DNA from: Candidatus Altimarinota bacterium
GTDB lineage: Bacteria > Patescibacteriota > Gracilibacteria > UBA1369
Assembly (NCBI GenBank): GCA_963677745.1
Contig: OY782391.1
Span: 1,271,836 to 1,335,835 of the forward strand
Direction of reading: 5' to 3'
DNA: 64,000 bases
Shown here: in pieces, positions 30,364 through 38,943 of the stretch
Position numbering within the stretch: the stretch's first letter is position 1
Layout: each line of letters begins with the position of its first letter
The notes under the pieces: generated by a model
The model's database searches: none
Told to the model about the DNA's origin: nothing
The model's input: the letters and a program-made list of their open reading frames with translations, nothing else
Translations under genes and position numbers: made by a program

Positions 30364-31629
30364 ATGAAAATTACAGCAGACAAGAGCTCCCCGTCAGAAA
30401 TCAAACTGACCGTGGAATTATCCGAACTGGAATTGCAGAATTACTATCAAAAGGCTTTGGAAAAGCTGTCCCAGCAGATCAACGTTAAGGGCTTCCGTCC
30501 AGGCAAAGTGCCCCAGGAGGTGGCGGAACAACAGCTGGACAAAGGCTTCGTGATGGCCCATGCCATCGATCTGGCTATCGCCCCCACTTATGTGGAGGCC
30601 ATTAAACAGGAAAAAATCGAACCGATTGCCAGACCCAAGATCAATATTCTCAGTGATTCCCCTTTGAAATATGAAGCCGTCATAGCTGTTTACCCCGACG
30701 TCAAAGTAAAAAACTATCAGAAATTCAATCTGGCCTCGAAAAAAATTGAAGTCAGCGATCAGCAGGTAGAGGAGGAAGTACAGCATTTCCGCACCTACCA
30801 TGCCACTTACAGCGACATTACCCGCGCCGCCCAGATGGGCGACCGTGTGGAAATCGATTTTAGCGGCAGCGATGAGACCGGAGTCCCTTTGGACGGAACA
30901 ACCAGCAAAAACCATCCGATGGTGCTGGGAGACAAAACTTTCGTTCCCGGTTTTGAAGAGGAGCTGGTGGGGATGAAAATCGGGGATGAAAAGGAATTTA
31001 CGGTTACTTTTCCCAAGGATTATTTCCACAAGCCTTTCCAAAACAAACCGGTTAAATTCAAGGTGAAATTAAACCGCCTGGAGGAAAGACATTTGCCTGA
31101 ACTGGATGCGGAATTTATCAAAAAAGTATCCGGGAAAGACCTGACCGAAGCCGAATTTAAGGCGGAAGTAAAAGTCAATCTGCTGAAAAATCTGGAACAG
31201 GACGAGAAAAACCGTCTGGAAAACGAATTGCTGGAAAAAATCCGCGACAATACCGAAGTTAAATTGCCGGAAAGCCTGGTTGACGAAGAAGTTCATTTTA
31301 TTATTGATGAAATCCGTGACAATGCGGTCAGACGGGGGATCAAGTGGGAAGAGTATCTGAAAGCCACCGGCAAGACCGAAGAAGATCTGCACAAAGAGAA
31401 ACATCAGGATGCCGAGAACCGCCTGAAACTGCGTTTCGGTGTGCAGGAGCTTTTTAAACTGGAAAAAATCGAGGTGGGGGACGAAGAACTGGAGAAAGCT
31501 TACCAGGATGAAATGAAAATACTTGCTTCCATGAATTATGAGCCTAAAATGGAAGAGCAGGAAATGCTGAAGTTAAAATTGAAAAACAAACTCAAACTGG
31601 AAAAACTCATTGCGGTTTTCCTCAAATAA
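30364..31629 (+). CDS. tig: Trigger factor
   Basis: GFRPGKVP ribosome-binding motif; FKBP domain (GDRVEIDFSG, FVPGFEEELVG, VTFPKDY). Confidence 0.97.
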   Translation: MKITADKSSPSEIKLTVELSELELQNYYQKALEKLSQQINVKGFRPGKVPQEVAEQQLDKGFVMAHAIDLAIAPTYVEAIKQEKIEPIARPKINILSDSPLKYEAVIAVYPDVKVKNYQKFNLASKKIEVSDQQVEEEVQHFRTYHATYSDITRAAQMGDRVEIDFSGSDETGVPLDGTTSKNHPMVLGDKTFVPGFEEELVGMKIGDEKEFTVTFPKDYFHKPFQNKPVKFKVKLNRLEERHLPELDAEFIKKVSGKDLTEAEFKAEVKVNLLKNLEQDEKNRLENELLEKIRDNTEVKLPESLVDEEVHFIIDEIRDNAVRRGIKWEEYLKATGKTEEDLHKEKHQDAENRLKLRFGVQELFKLEKIEVGDEELEKAYQDEMKILASMNYEPKMEEQEMLKLKLKNKLKLEKLIAVFLK

Positions 31630-31643
31630 TAAAGCCAACAACT

Positions 31644-31898
31644 ATGAGAACATTTCTACTTAGCGGGACTATTCTGATCTTTGTCATAATTCTGATTGTC
31701 TTTTTTCAGAATCTTGCCAATACCATCACCGGCCTCTGGATCTTGTTTTATCAGTTTGACCAGACGACCAGCGCCTCCTTGGGAGTGTTTATACTGACCG
31801 GATTGGGCTTTATTTGCGGCGCCATCACCACCATGCTGATTACCACTCTCATTACCGCCGGCAAGGATGAGGAGGCCCCCGGCGGATCCAATTGGTAG
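31644..31898 (+). CDS. Small two-TM membrane protein (LapA-like)
   Basis: IILIVFFQN motif and two hydrophobic helices. Confidence 0.6.
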   Translation: MRTFLLSGTILIFVIILIVFFQNLANTITGLWILFYQFDQTTSASLGVFILTGLGFICGAITTMLITTLITAGKDEEAPGGSNW

Positions 31899-31992
31899 TC
31901 CGGAGCCAATACTTTTCATAATAGGCTTGCTCTTCGTCCTAAAAAATTATACATTGCAGCCAGTTGTATAAAAGTTGTGAACAACCCTGGCA

Positions 31993-32550
31993 ATGCTTAA
32001 ACGTCTGTTTACTTCAACAACCAGAGTTAAACTGCTAACAATTTTTCTGCTCAACCCCGATCAGGAATTTTTTATTCGTGAATTGACCAGAGAGCTTAAT
32101 GAACAGATTAATTCGATTCGACGTGAGCTGGACAATCTTAAGAAAATCGGTTTGCTGCGTACCAAGGAAAAGAACCGTAAAAAGTACTACACGGTGAATA
32201 AAAATTTTCTTCTGCTCAATGAATTAAAGTCCATTATAGTCAAGGGAATTAGTAACAAGGATGAGATCACCAGAAGGGTGGCCAGTTTCGGGGAAGTGGA
32301 CGTACTGGTATTTTCCGGAATTTTTGTAAATAAGGAGTCACTGATTGATCTGTTGATAGTAGGCAATATCGATAAAGAAAAATTGGAGGAATATTTGAAT
32401 AACGAGCTGGATACCTCACGCCCCATCAGATTCAGCGTTATGACCCGCGAAGATTTTCTCTACCGCCGCAAATGCTATGACAAGTTTCTGTCGGAATTGA
32501 TGGACAGCCCCGATAACCTGGTTACCATCAATAATCTGGATGAGAAATAA
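31993..32550 (+). CDS. Winged-helix transcriptional regulator with a degenerate nucleotidyltransferase-like C-domain
   Basis: LFTSTTRVKLL...FFIRELTR...NSIRRELDNL; C-domain SG...IDLLIVG. Confidence 0.75.
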   Translation: MLKRLFTSTTRVKLLTIFLLNPDQEFFIRELTRELNEQINSIRRELDNLKKIGLLRTKEKNRKKYYTVNKNFLLLNELKSIIVKGISNKDEITRRVASFGEVDVLVFSGIFVNKESLIDLLIVGNIDKEKLEEYLNNELDTSRPIRFSVMTREDFLYRRKCYDKFLSELMDSPDNLVTINNLDEK

Positions 32551-32578
32551 GACGGAAATTTAAACATTCTAAAATTAC

Positions 32579-32607
32579 TTGCAATTTAGTTGGCCATTAC
32601 CTAATAT
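32579..32607 (+). promoter_or_regulatory. sigma70 promoter of rplS
   Basis: TTGCAA-17 nt-TAATAT. Confidence 0.55.
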
Positions 32608-32645
32608 AACACGGCAAAACTACTCTTTATTACTGGAATTTCCCT

Positions 32646-33128
32646 ATGTCCAATCTACTAATTCAGAAAATAGAAAAGAAACAGATTAAACCTGATCTGC
32701 CGGTCATAAAAGCCGGTTACACCGTCCGCGTACATCAGAAAATCAAGGAAGGTGAAAAGGAAAGAATCCAGATATATGAAGGTTTGGTGATTGCCCTGAA
32801 TCACGGACACGGTCCCAGCAAAACCATGACTGTCAGAAAAGTGGTTGAGGGAATCGGAGTGGAAAAAATATTTCCGTTGAATTCACCGGCCGTAGCCAAG
32901 ATTGAAGTTGTCAGAATCGGCAAGGTTCGCCGTGCCAAACTGTACTATATGCGCGACATCAGCGGTAAAGCCGCCAGATTGAAGGAAATGCTGGTGGGAA
33001 AAGGTGCTGAAGTGCTTGCGGATAAGGAACTGGAAGCGGAAAAAGTTGCCGGGGTGAAAAAAGTAGCGGAAGTTGAAGCGACTCCGGTTGAAGACACTAC
33101 TGAAAAATCCGAGCAAGCAGAGCAATAA
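32646..33128 (+). CDS. rplS: 50S ribosomal protein L19
   Basis: [43 protein letters not shown]. Confidence 0.97.
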   Translation: MSNLLIQKIEKKQIKPDLPVIKAGYTVRVHQKIKEGEKERIQIYEGLVIALNHGHGPSKTMTVRKVVEGIGVEKIFPLNSPAVAKIEVVRIGKVRRAKLYYMRDISGKAARLKEMLVGKGAEVLADKELEAEKVAGVKKVAEVEATPVEDTTEKSEQAEQ

Positions 33129-33136
33129 CCCTCTGA

Positions 33137-33769
33137 ATGAGCCCTAGAATAGCCAAGAATCAGACACCAGTACCTTCAGACAAAGTAATAATTGCCGGAT
33201 TGGATGAAGCGGGACGCGGCCCATGGGCCGGCCCGATTGTTGCCTGTGCTTATATAGAAACCAGGCCGGTCACAGGAGTCAAAATAACCGATTCCAAAAA
33301 ACTCAATGAAGCGCAGCGTCAGGAAGCCTATGCGGAGCTGATCACCCATGGTCATTATGGAGTGGGGTTTGCCGAAGTGTCTGAGATAGACAAACTTGGT
33401 TTGGCCAAAGCCAATCGGCTGGCCTTTCGAAGAGCTCTGGAAGGTCTGAAAATCAAACCTGATCTGATCCTGATTGATGGGCGGGACAAAATTGACCGCA
33501 GAACGACCTTGGGAATACCGTTCAAAACGATAATACGGGGCGACTTGGCTATCAGATCGATTTCCTGTGCTTCGATCATAGCCAAAGTGACGCGTGATCA
33601 ATTGATGGATAAACTGGCCAAAAAATATCCCAAATACCGATTTGAAGAGCATAAAGGGTATGGTACGGCCCTTCACCGGAAACTTCTCAAACAATTTGGC
33701 GCCAGTGAAATTCACCGTCAGAGTTTTAAACCGGTCAATCATTTGCGCCAGACCGCAATTTTTGAGTAA
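33137..33769 (+). CDS. rnhB: Ribonuclease HII
   Basis: GLDEAGRGPWAGP, DSKKL, ASIIAKVTRD, HKGYGT. Confidence 0.96.
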   Translation: MSPRIAKNQTPVPSDKVIIAGLDEAGRGPWAGPIVACAYIETRPVTGVKITDSKKLNEAQRQEAYAELITHGHYGVGFAEVSEIDKLGLAKANRLAFRRALEGLKIKPDLILIDGRDKIDRRTTLGIPFKTIIRGDLAIRSISCASIIAKVTRDQLMDKLAKKYPKYRFEEHKGYGTALHRKLLKQFGASEIHRQSFKPVNHLRQTAIFE

Positions 33770-33797
33770 TAATCAGGAATGCCCGGTCAAATTTCTG

Positions 33798-34916
33798 TCA
33801 AAGCAGCTCTTTCAGCAGTTTTTCGTGTTCAAAAAAGTTGTAAGTGCTTCGTAGTTTTTGGCTTTCCAGCTGGTTCCGTAGCGAAACATAATTAGTCTGG
33901 GTCTTTAAAAAAGACTTTTCCAGGGCAGTCAGATTGAAACTTTCATAATCCAGACAATATTCGCCCAAATTAATTGTCTGCAAAAAGGATTTGACCTTCT
34001 GGCTGTAGGAAAGTGCTATAAATGGAGTCACTGCAAGAATCGAAAAAATAATCGAATGAAGTCGCATTCCAATCACCAATTCACTTCTGGAAATAATTTC
34101 CAAAACCTGTGAAAAATCCTGAACAGTTTTTAAGGTCATAGCTTCGGGGTTTACCAGTCTGTCGGCAACTTCGCGGTAACTGACCCGGTCATCGTCCAGG
34201 TCGGTTTGAAAAGGGATAAAAACTGTTTTCAAACGGTGTTTTTCCCATAAATAATCAATCATTCCGGCTACCTGTCCAGAAATTTCTTTTGAATTGCCGT
34301 TGATCCAGGGGCGCAAACTCAAAACAACCTGTTTTTGACGGGTGATGGATTTCTCCTGGTCATAACCTATGCCGAAGGCGGGATCTGCCATTAGATGGAT
34401 ATTCTTTACACCCAGTGATTTTAGTAACAGCTCTGATTGTGAATCCCTGACCGTTACAAGCAAAGCCCGCTTAAACACAGCTGCGGTTAGTCTTCTGGCC
34501 AATTTGCTTTTAAGAGGACCGACGCTTTGGCTGATGCAAATCAATTTTTTATTGAAAATTCTGAACCATATATATTGAACAAACCAGATCCAGACTGCAC
34601 GGGGTTTTTCGTCAGTAAAAAGACCCCCGCCGCCCAATAAAACGATATCTGCCGCCGCCATCCGGGCGATGGTTTTCCATCCGGAGGTAGTAAACCAGAA
34701 ACGAAAAAATGATCTGACGCCGGCCGGGAAATGAAGAACTGCCTGAACTCGAAAATCTGCGGCTGTCTGAGCCGGCTTGGCAGACATCACTGTAATATCT
34801 GAATGTGGCCAGGTTGATTTGATCAGATGTATCAGACCTCCCAAAATCGCATCGTCTCCCAGATTGGATGCTCCATAGTTACCGCAAACCACTATTTGTT
34901 TTTTGTCTGCCGCCAT
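33798..34916 (-). CDS. csaB: Polysaccharide pyruvyl transferase (CsaB family)
   Basis: GNYGASNLGDDAIL, GGGGLF, QSVGP, VRD, DPAF, GMRLHS, SYSQKV. Confidence 0.85.
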   Translation of the reverse strand: MAADKKQIVVCGNYGASNLGDDAILGGLIHLIKSTWPHSDITVMSAKPAQTAADFRVQAVLHFPAGVRSFFRFWFTTSGWKTIARMAAADIVLLGGGGLFTDEKPRAVWIWFVQYIWFRIFNKKLICISQSVGPLKSKLARRLTAAVFKRALLVTVRDSQSELLLKSLGVKNIHLMADPAFGIGYDQEKSITRQKQVVLSLRPWINGNSKEISGQVAGMIDYLWEKHRLKTVFIPFQTDLDDDRVSYREVADRLVNPEAMTLKTVQDFSQVLEIISRSELVIGMRLHSIIFSILAVTPFIALSYSQKVKSFLQTINLGEYCLDYESFNLTALEKSFLKTQTNYVSLRNQLESQKLRSTYNFFEHEKLLKELL

Positions 34917-34988
34917 TGTCGGTGAAATTTGTAATGACTCAACTTTATCTGAATTTAACGAGATGATTAAGCTATATTATAAAAAACA

Positions 34989-35017
34989 TTGACAAAAGAG
35001 TAAAAAAATAGTTTAAT
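34989..35017 (+). promoter_or_regulatory. sigma70 promoter of GC-rich cassette 1
   Basis: TTGACA-17 nt-TTTAAT in an AT-rich context. Confidence 0.7.
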
Positions 35018-35020
35018 TCA

Positions 35021-35396
35021 ATCTTGCTTAAAATTTCCGGAACGGTTGCGGCAAGATTTTGCTCCTTGAAATAAAGGCACAAAGTCCGTACAGCACCTAA
35101 AAAGAGGCTAATTGCTCGACCAATGCTGTCTCTGCTTTTTAATCTGTCCCAAGTGGTCAGGGAAAAAGAGAGGGGTAACCTGGGAAAGCTGTAGCTTCCT
35201 TTAGGTGCTGTACGGCAATGGAAACAAAAGTCTGATCCCGACACATCGGTCGGGCAGACTGGCGGATCTGGCGCTATTTCCAACCTTTCAAGAAGAAGGC
35301 AGCGCAGGTCCGCGTAAGGATTCTGACCGGCTCCGCATGCTGCGGGGCCAGTCTCACTGGTTACGCCGACCCAATGTGGGCGGCGCATGCGAGGAG
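35021..35396 (+). ncRNA. Long structured 5' leader or candidate ncRNA with a boxA-like element
   Basis: Hairpin AATCTTGC/GCAAGATT; TGCTCCTTGAAA at 35060-35071; perfect 16-bp inverted repeat 35086-35101/35200-35215; further hairpins AGTCTG..CCCGAC/GTCGGG.CAGACT and GGCTCCGCA/TGCGGGGCC. Confidence 0.55.
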
Positions 35397-35404
35397 AAAA
35401 CGAC

Positions 35405-36655
35405 ATGAAGCAGAGCATTCTAACCAACCTCGCGGTCCTCGTGTGTACTGCCGTCCTGGTAGCGCTCACGGGGTCTGCGGCTGCTCAGGAGGGGCTCACG
35501 CCCGCCTGGCGGTACCACGCATCAACCGATCTCGGCCTGAGCCACTGCGAGTCCGCCTTCTTCGGAGACGGCAAGGCAATGGTCAACACCGCTCAGATCG
35601 CGAAGTCGACCAACGGGGTAACGATCTCTGGTGAAACGGGTAAGACCGTTCGCATCAGGTTCGTCTGTGAGCGCGCCCAGGAAAAGGGCGCTCGCAGCGA
35701 GCTCTTGAGGATCGGCCCCGAAGGTACGTACAACGCGAACCCCGGCGGCGCCGGTATGTCGGTCGGCTTCGACAAACCCACTGATGATCCCAACAAGACA
35801 GCCCTCCACAAGGCGCTGGCGAAGGGACGGGAGTGGGTGTTCACGGTCGGCGCACAGCCCCAGACCATCGTGCTGACCTGGAGTGGTGAGTTGGGGAGCG
35901 ACAAGTTGAGCGTAACTGTTCAACCGTTCGCACCTCCTCCCACCGTTCCCCAGGTGCAGGAAATGATCGCTCCGGTCGAGCAGAAGGCGGATGAAGCGCA
36001 GACGACTGCCAACGACGCCTACAGCCGGGCAGCCCACGACAATCTCGAGAAGTACCGCTTCATCGCCGTCACGCTCGGCTACCAGCTGGGATTGAACACG
36101 CTCGCTCGAGACGGCGGCAACGCGGACATGGGGGCAAATCTGAACATCGACTACAGCTTCGGACCGGCAGGCGCCTTCAAGGGGCTCACCGGAATGGTAG
36201 CGATGCTCAACTTCGTCCAGAAGCCGGTCATGGAGGCTCCCAATGCGACCGGCTACAACAACTGGATCGACTCGCAGACGCTCTACGTCGGCCCGAAGAT
36301 CGGGTTCGACTACATGCCGGCCAAGTGGTTCGATCTCAGGGTGTTTGCTTCGCTGGGCGCGTTCATCAGCTTCGACGGGTCGGTGCCGCTGACCCAGCTT
36401 CCCGACGGGAGACTCTTCACGTCGGAGGCACAAACGAACACGGCGCTCGGCTGGATGCTCATGGCACAGCCGGGCTTCGTGATCGGCAACTTCCTCATTC
36501 AGCCCCAGATCGGCATCGGTGGCACGATGACCAAGGTGCAGACCGAACTGGGCCCGGACTTCGTCTGCTCGGCGCACGAACCCAACTGCGCCGAGCGCAG
36601 AGACGGGTTCGTGTTCAGGGTGCATGGCGGCCTGAACGCGGGAGTGATCTTCTAG
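35405..36655 (+). CDS. GC-rich secreted protein with a predicted C-terminal outer-membrane beta-barrel
   Basis: SD GAGGAG 8 nt before ATG 35405 (track start 35387). Sec signal ending AAA-Q, short coiled coil (VEQKADEAQTTANDAY), amphipathic beta strands, and a C-terminal GLNAGVIF ending in Phe. Confidence 0.7.
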   Translation: MKQSILTNLAVLVCTAVLVALTGSAAAQEGLTPAWRYHASTDLGLSHCESAFFGDGKAMVNTAQIAKSTNGVTISGETGKTVRIRFVCERAQEKGARSELLRIGPEGTYNANPGGAGMSVGFDKPTDDPNKTALHKALAKGREWVFTVGAQPQTIVLTWSGELGSDKLSVTVQPFAPPPTVPQVQEMIAPVEQKADEAQTTANDAYSRAAHDNLEKYRFIAVTLGYQLGLNTLARDGGNADMGANLNIDYSFGPAGAFKGLTGMVAMLNFVQKPVMEAPNATGYNNWIDSQTLYVGPKIGFDYMPAKWFDLRVFASLGAFISFDGSVPLTQLPDGRLFTSEAQTNTALGWMLMAQPGFVIGNFLIQPQIGIGGTMTKVQTELGPDFVCSAHEPNCAERRDGFVFRVHGGLNAGVIF

Positions 36656-36662
36656 GCCAGTA

Positions 36663-36756
36663 CCGGAGGCCGGCAGCGAAAGTAGCAGCGTCAACACGCT
36701 CGCACTTCCGCTTCCGCACGGCCGAACGCAGCTTATTAGTAGCTGCCGGCCTCCGG
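36663..36756 (+). repeat. Perfect 15-bp intergenic inverted repeat
   Basis: CCGGAGGCCGGCAGC (36663-36677) / GCTGCCGGCCTCCGG (36742-36756). Confidence 0.9.
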
Positions 36757-36826
36757 GAATAACAAGTGATTCGGCCCGCTCGTAGTAGGGCCAACGAAAG
36801 CCCCTACGGGCACTCATGGAGGAAAC

Positions 36827-38386
36827 ATGCTTCGAAGAAAAGGCGGGCCGGCCTTGTGGCTGGCCCAGGTAGTGACGAACCTGAGACGACCGCTGACAAC
36901 GCCTCTGGGCCTCAGCATCTCTCTCACCATCGCAGCGCCGGCCGCCCTCGCGGGCTTGACCGGCTGCGAAAACAATCCGAGTCCGGCCGCGTGCTTGAAC
37001 AGCGGCGACCCGTTCTGCGACCAAGAGCTGGACAACAACGGCAACGGCGGAACGGGCAACTCGGGGGCCGGCGGCAACACCAACGTGGCCTGTGCCGACA
37101 ACCCCAACTACGGGAAGGACTGCCAACTCCCCGGGGGCGGCGTTGGCCACTGGGTCTGCGCCGGCAACGGCATCGACCTCGTCTGCGCCGGAAGCGGCAC
37201 AGGCGGCAGCGGTGGTGGCGCAGGCGGCAACACGGCCGGCAACGGCGGGTCTGGTGGTGGCGAGTATAACTGCGCCACGGACCCGAACAACGGCGATCCG
37301 TGCATCGCGGCTGATGGCACCAACGGCCACTGGGGTTGCAACGGGACGGGCTCTGCCCTGTTCTGTTACTCAGATGGCGGTGCCGGAGGCTCTGGCGGGA
37401 CGGGCGGAGGCGGGCAGTACAACTGCGCCGACGACCCGCAGCTTGGCACCCCCTGTACGACCAGCGATGGGCATCAGGGCGCCAAGGTCTGCAACGTCTC
37501 CGGCACGGGGCTGGTCTGCCAGTGCACGGTCAACTGCAACGGAACGGGCGGCTCGGGCGGCGGCGGAACGGGCGGTAGCGGCGGTGGGGAGACCTACAAC
37601 TGCTTGACCGATCCCGATCTCGGCGACATCTGCGTGATGGGCGTCGGGATCTGCAGCCGCACGGGCATGTATGTCTGCAACGCGGCCGGCGATGGCCTGC
37701 GCTGCAGCACCAATGCGGGTTCGCCCAACCCGGTCGGAGAGGTCTGCGCCAACGGCCTCGACGATAACTGTGATGGAGCCAAGGACGAACAGCCCTGCGT
37801 CAACGGTGGCGGGGGCGGCTCCGGCGGCACGGGCGGCGGTGGTGGATCGGGAGGCAGCGGAGGAGCACTCAGCTGCACGGACGCCAGCTCGATGCAGGTG
37901 ATGGCGGTGGGCGCAAGTTCGCTGCACATCCTGCTGATGGGCCAGGCAGTCTCCAATTCCAATCCGTGGATCAAGACGCTGACCAACAACCAGCTCTTCA
38001 CCGCGTCTTCGGAAGGCGGGCTGTCTCTCTCCACCACGGCTGGCTCCTTCAACTACTTCGAGCCCAACGTCGGGGGCGGAGGTGATCCAATGCCGATGGT
38101 AGACACGCTCTACTGCCGGCAGATCGGCATCGATCCTCCCGTCCCGGCGAGTTGCAATGCGACGGTGATCGGCGATCGGCACAGCACGGAGTACATGGCG
38201 TCGCTGCGCATCGCCTGGCAGTGCTGGGACGACACCAGCACCTGTCCGATCGAGCTGATCGGACATGTCCCGGGCGATCTGTTCGCTCTGCGTGGCAAGC
38301 CTGCCCCCGGCACTCCCCTGAGCCTCCCCGACTACGGCTACGAGGAGTTCGGCCTCGGTCAGGTCCCCCCGCTCTGCGCGCCGTAG
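36827..38386 (+). CDS. GC-rich Cys/Gly-rich lipoprotein with four C-x-x-D/N-P-x-x-G-x-x-C repeats and a MopE-like metal-binding motif
   Basis: SD GGAGG, lipobox LTGC, GGxGG linkers, EVCANGLDDNCDGAKDE. Confidence 0.8.
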   Translation: MLRRKGGPALWLAQVVTNLRRPLTTPLGLSISLTIAAPAALAGLTGCENNPSPAACLNSGDPFCDQELDNNGNGGTGNSGAGGNTNVACADNPNYGKDCQLPGGGVGHWVCAGNGIDLVCAGSGTGGSGGGAGGNTAGNGGSGGGEYNCATDPNNGDPCIAADGTNGHWGCNGTGSALFCYSDGGAGGSGGTGGGGQYNCADDPQLGTPCTTSDGHQGAKVCNVSGTGLVCQCTVNCNGTGGSGGGGTGGSGGGETYNCLTDPDLGDICVMGVGICSRTGMYVCNAAGDGLRCSTNAGSPNPVGEVCANGLDDNCDGAKDEQPCVNGGGGGSGGTGGGGGSGGSGGALSCTDASSMQVMAVGASSLHILLMGQAVSNSNPWIKTLTNNQLFTASSEGGLSLSTTAGSFNYFEPNVGGGGDPMPMVDTLYCRQIGIDPPVPASCNATVIGDRHSTEYMASLRIAWQCWDDTSTCPIELIGHVPGDLFALRGKPAPGTPLSLPDYGYEEFGLGQVPPLCAP

Positions 38387-38555
38387 CAGAGCACAATCGG
38401 AGCTTGAGCCCATCGCCGGGTTCGCTCCTACTTCACTTCCTAAACGTGGTGCACGCGGCCGCGACCTGCAAAGGTTCGCGGCCAAGCACTTTCGCCTCGA
38501 CTGGTAGTCTGGGTCTTCCCTCATGGAGGACGCCGGAACTCGTCGTGGCTTAACC

Positions 38556-38597
38556 AAAGGCCCCGCCCATTGCGAAAGCGATGTGGCGGGGCCTTTT
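38556..38597 (+). terminator. Intrinsic terminator of cassette 1
   Basis: AAAGGCCCCGCC...GC-GAAA-GC...GGCGGGGCCTTTT; the sequence turns AT-rich immediately afterwards. Confidence 0.8.
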
Positions 38598-38629
38598 CAA
38601 ATCTATTTAAAAAATCTCTCACAAAAGAC

Positions 38630-38658
38630 TTTACAAAACAATTATAATATGTTAAAAC
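38630..38658 (+). promoter_or_regulatory. sigma70-type promoter of GC-rich cassette 2
   Basis: TTTACA-17 nt-TAAAAC with a TG extension; an alternative TATAAT lies at 38643-38648. Confidence 0.5.
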
Positions 38659-38661
38659 ATG

Positions 38662-38943
38662 ATCTTGCTTTGAATCTAATAAATTAGGTTCCTGGCAGAA
38701 TCTTTGAAAACTCATTGGATAAAGGCATCGGGATAACCGAATTGTTTCTAACAGAAAACAGGAGCTACGCATCTAGAAAATCAGCAACGACCTGCGCTTA
38801 GAAACAGCCCGGTTATCCCGATCATATCGGAAAAATCTTACCGGCGTCGCATCAGATGCCGGCGTCAGTGTCAGTAATAGTAGTCAACGTCCGTCTCAAA
38901 TTTGGTCGCGCCTGAAAGCCGCGACTCACCAGTTACCAGGAGG
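38662..38943 (+). ncRNA. Structured 5' leader with a boxA-like element (same layout as 35021-35396)
   Basis: ATCTTGCTT; hairpin GAATCTAAT/ATTAGGTTC; ATCTTTGAAAACT at 38700-38712; ATAAAGGCA; stem ATCGGGATAACCG..TGTTTCTAA / TTAGAAACA..CGGTTATCCCGAT (38727-38822). Confidence 0.55.

Noticed and set aside
35081-35090. AAAGTCCG resembling the RNase P RNA conserved region
   Set aside because: It lacks the GAGGAAAGUCC context and the matching 3' P4 strand; the segment instead pairs in a 16-bp stem.
34972-35469. 165-aa minus-strand ORF across the cassette 1 leader
   Set aside because: It has no recognisable protein features and overlaps a promoter, the structured leader and the start of the real gene.
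36770-36812. CGAAA-containing hairpin as a possible hammerhead ribozyme
   Set aside because: No CUGAUGA core or three-way junction could be found.
35522-37330. 602-aa minus-strand ORF, plus 37370-38557, 38871-39464 and similar
   Set aside because: These are antisense shadows of GC3-rich genes. The plus-strand frames have SDs, signal peptides and coherent motifs.
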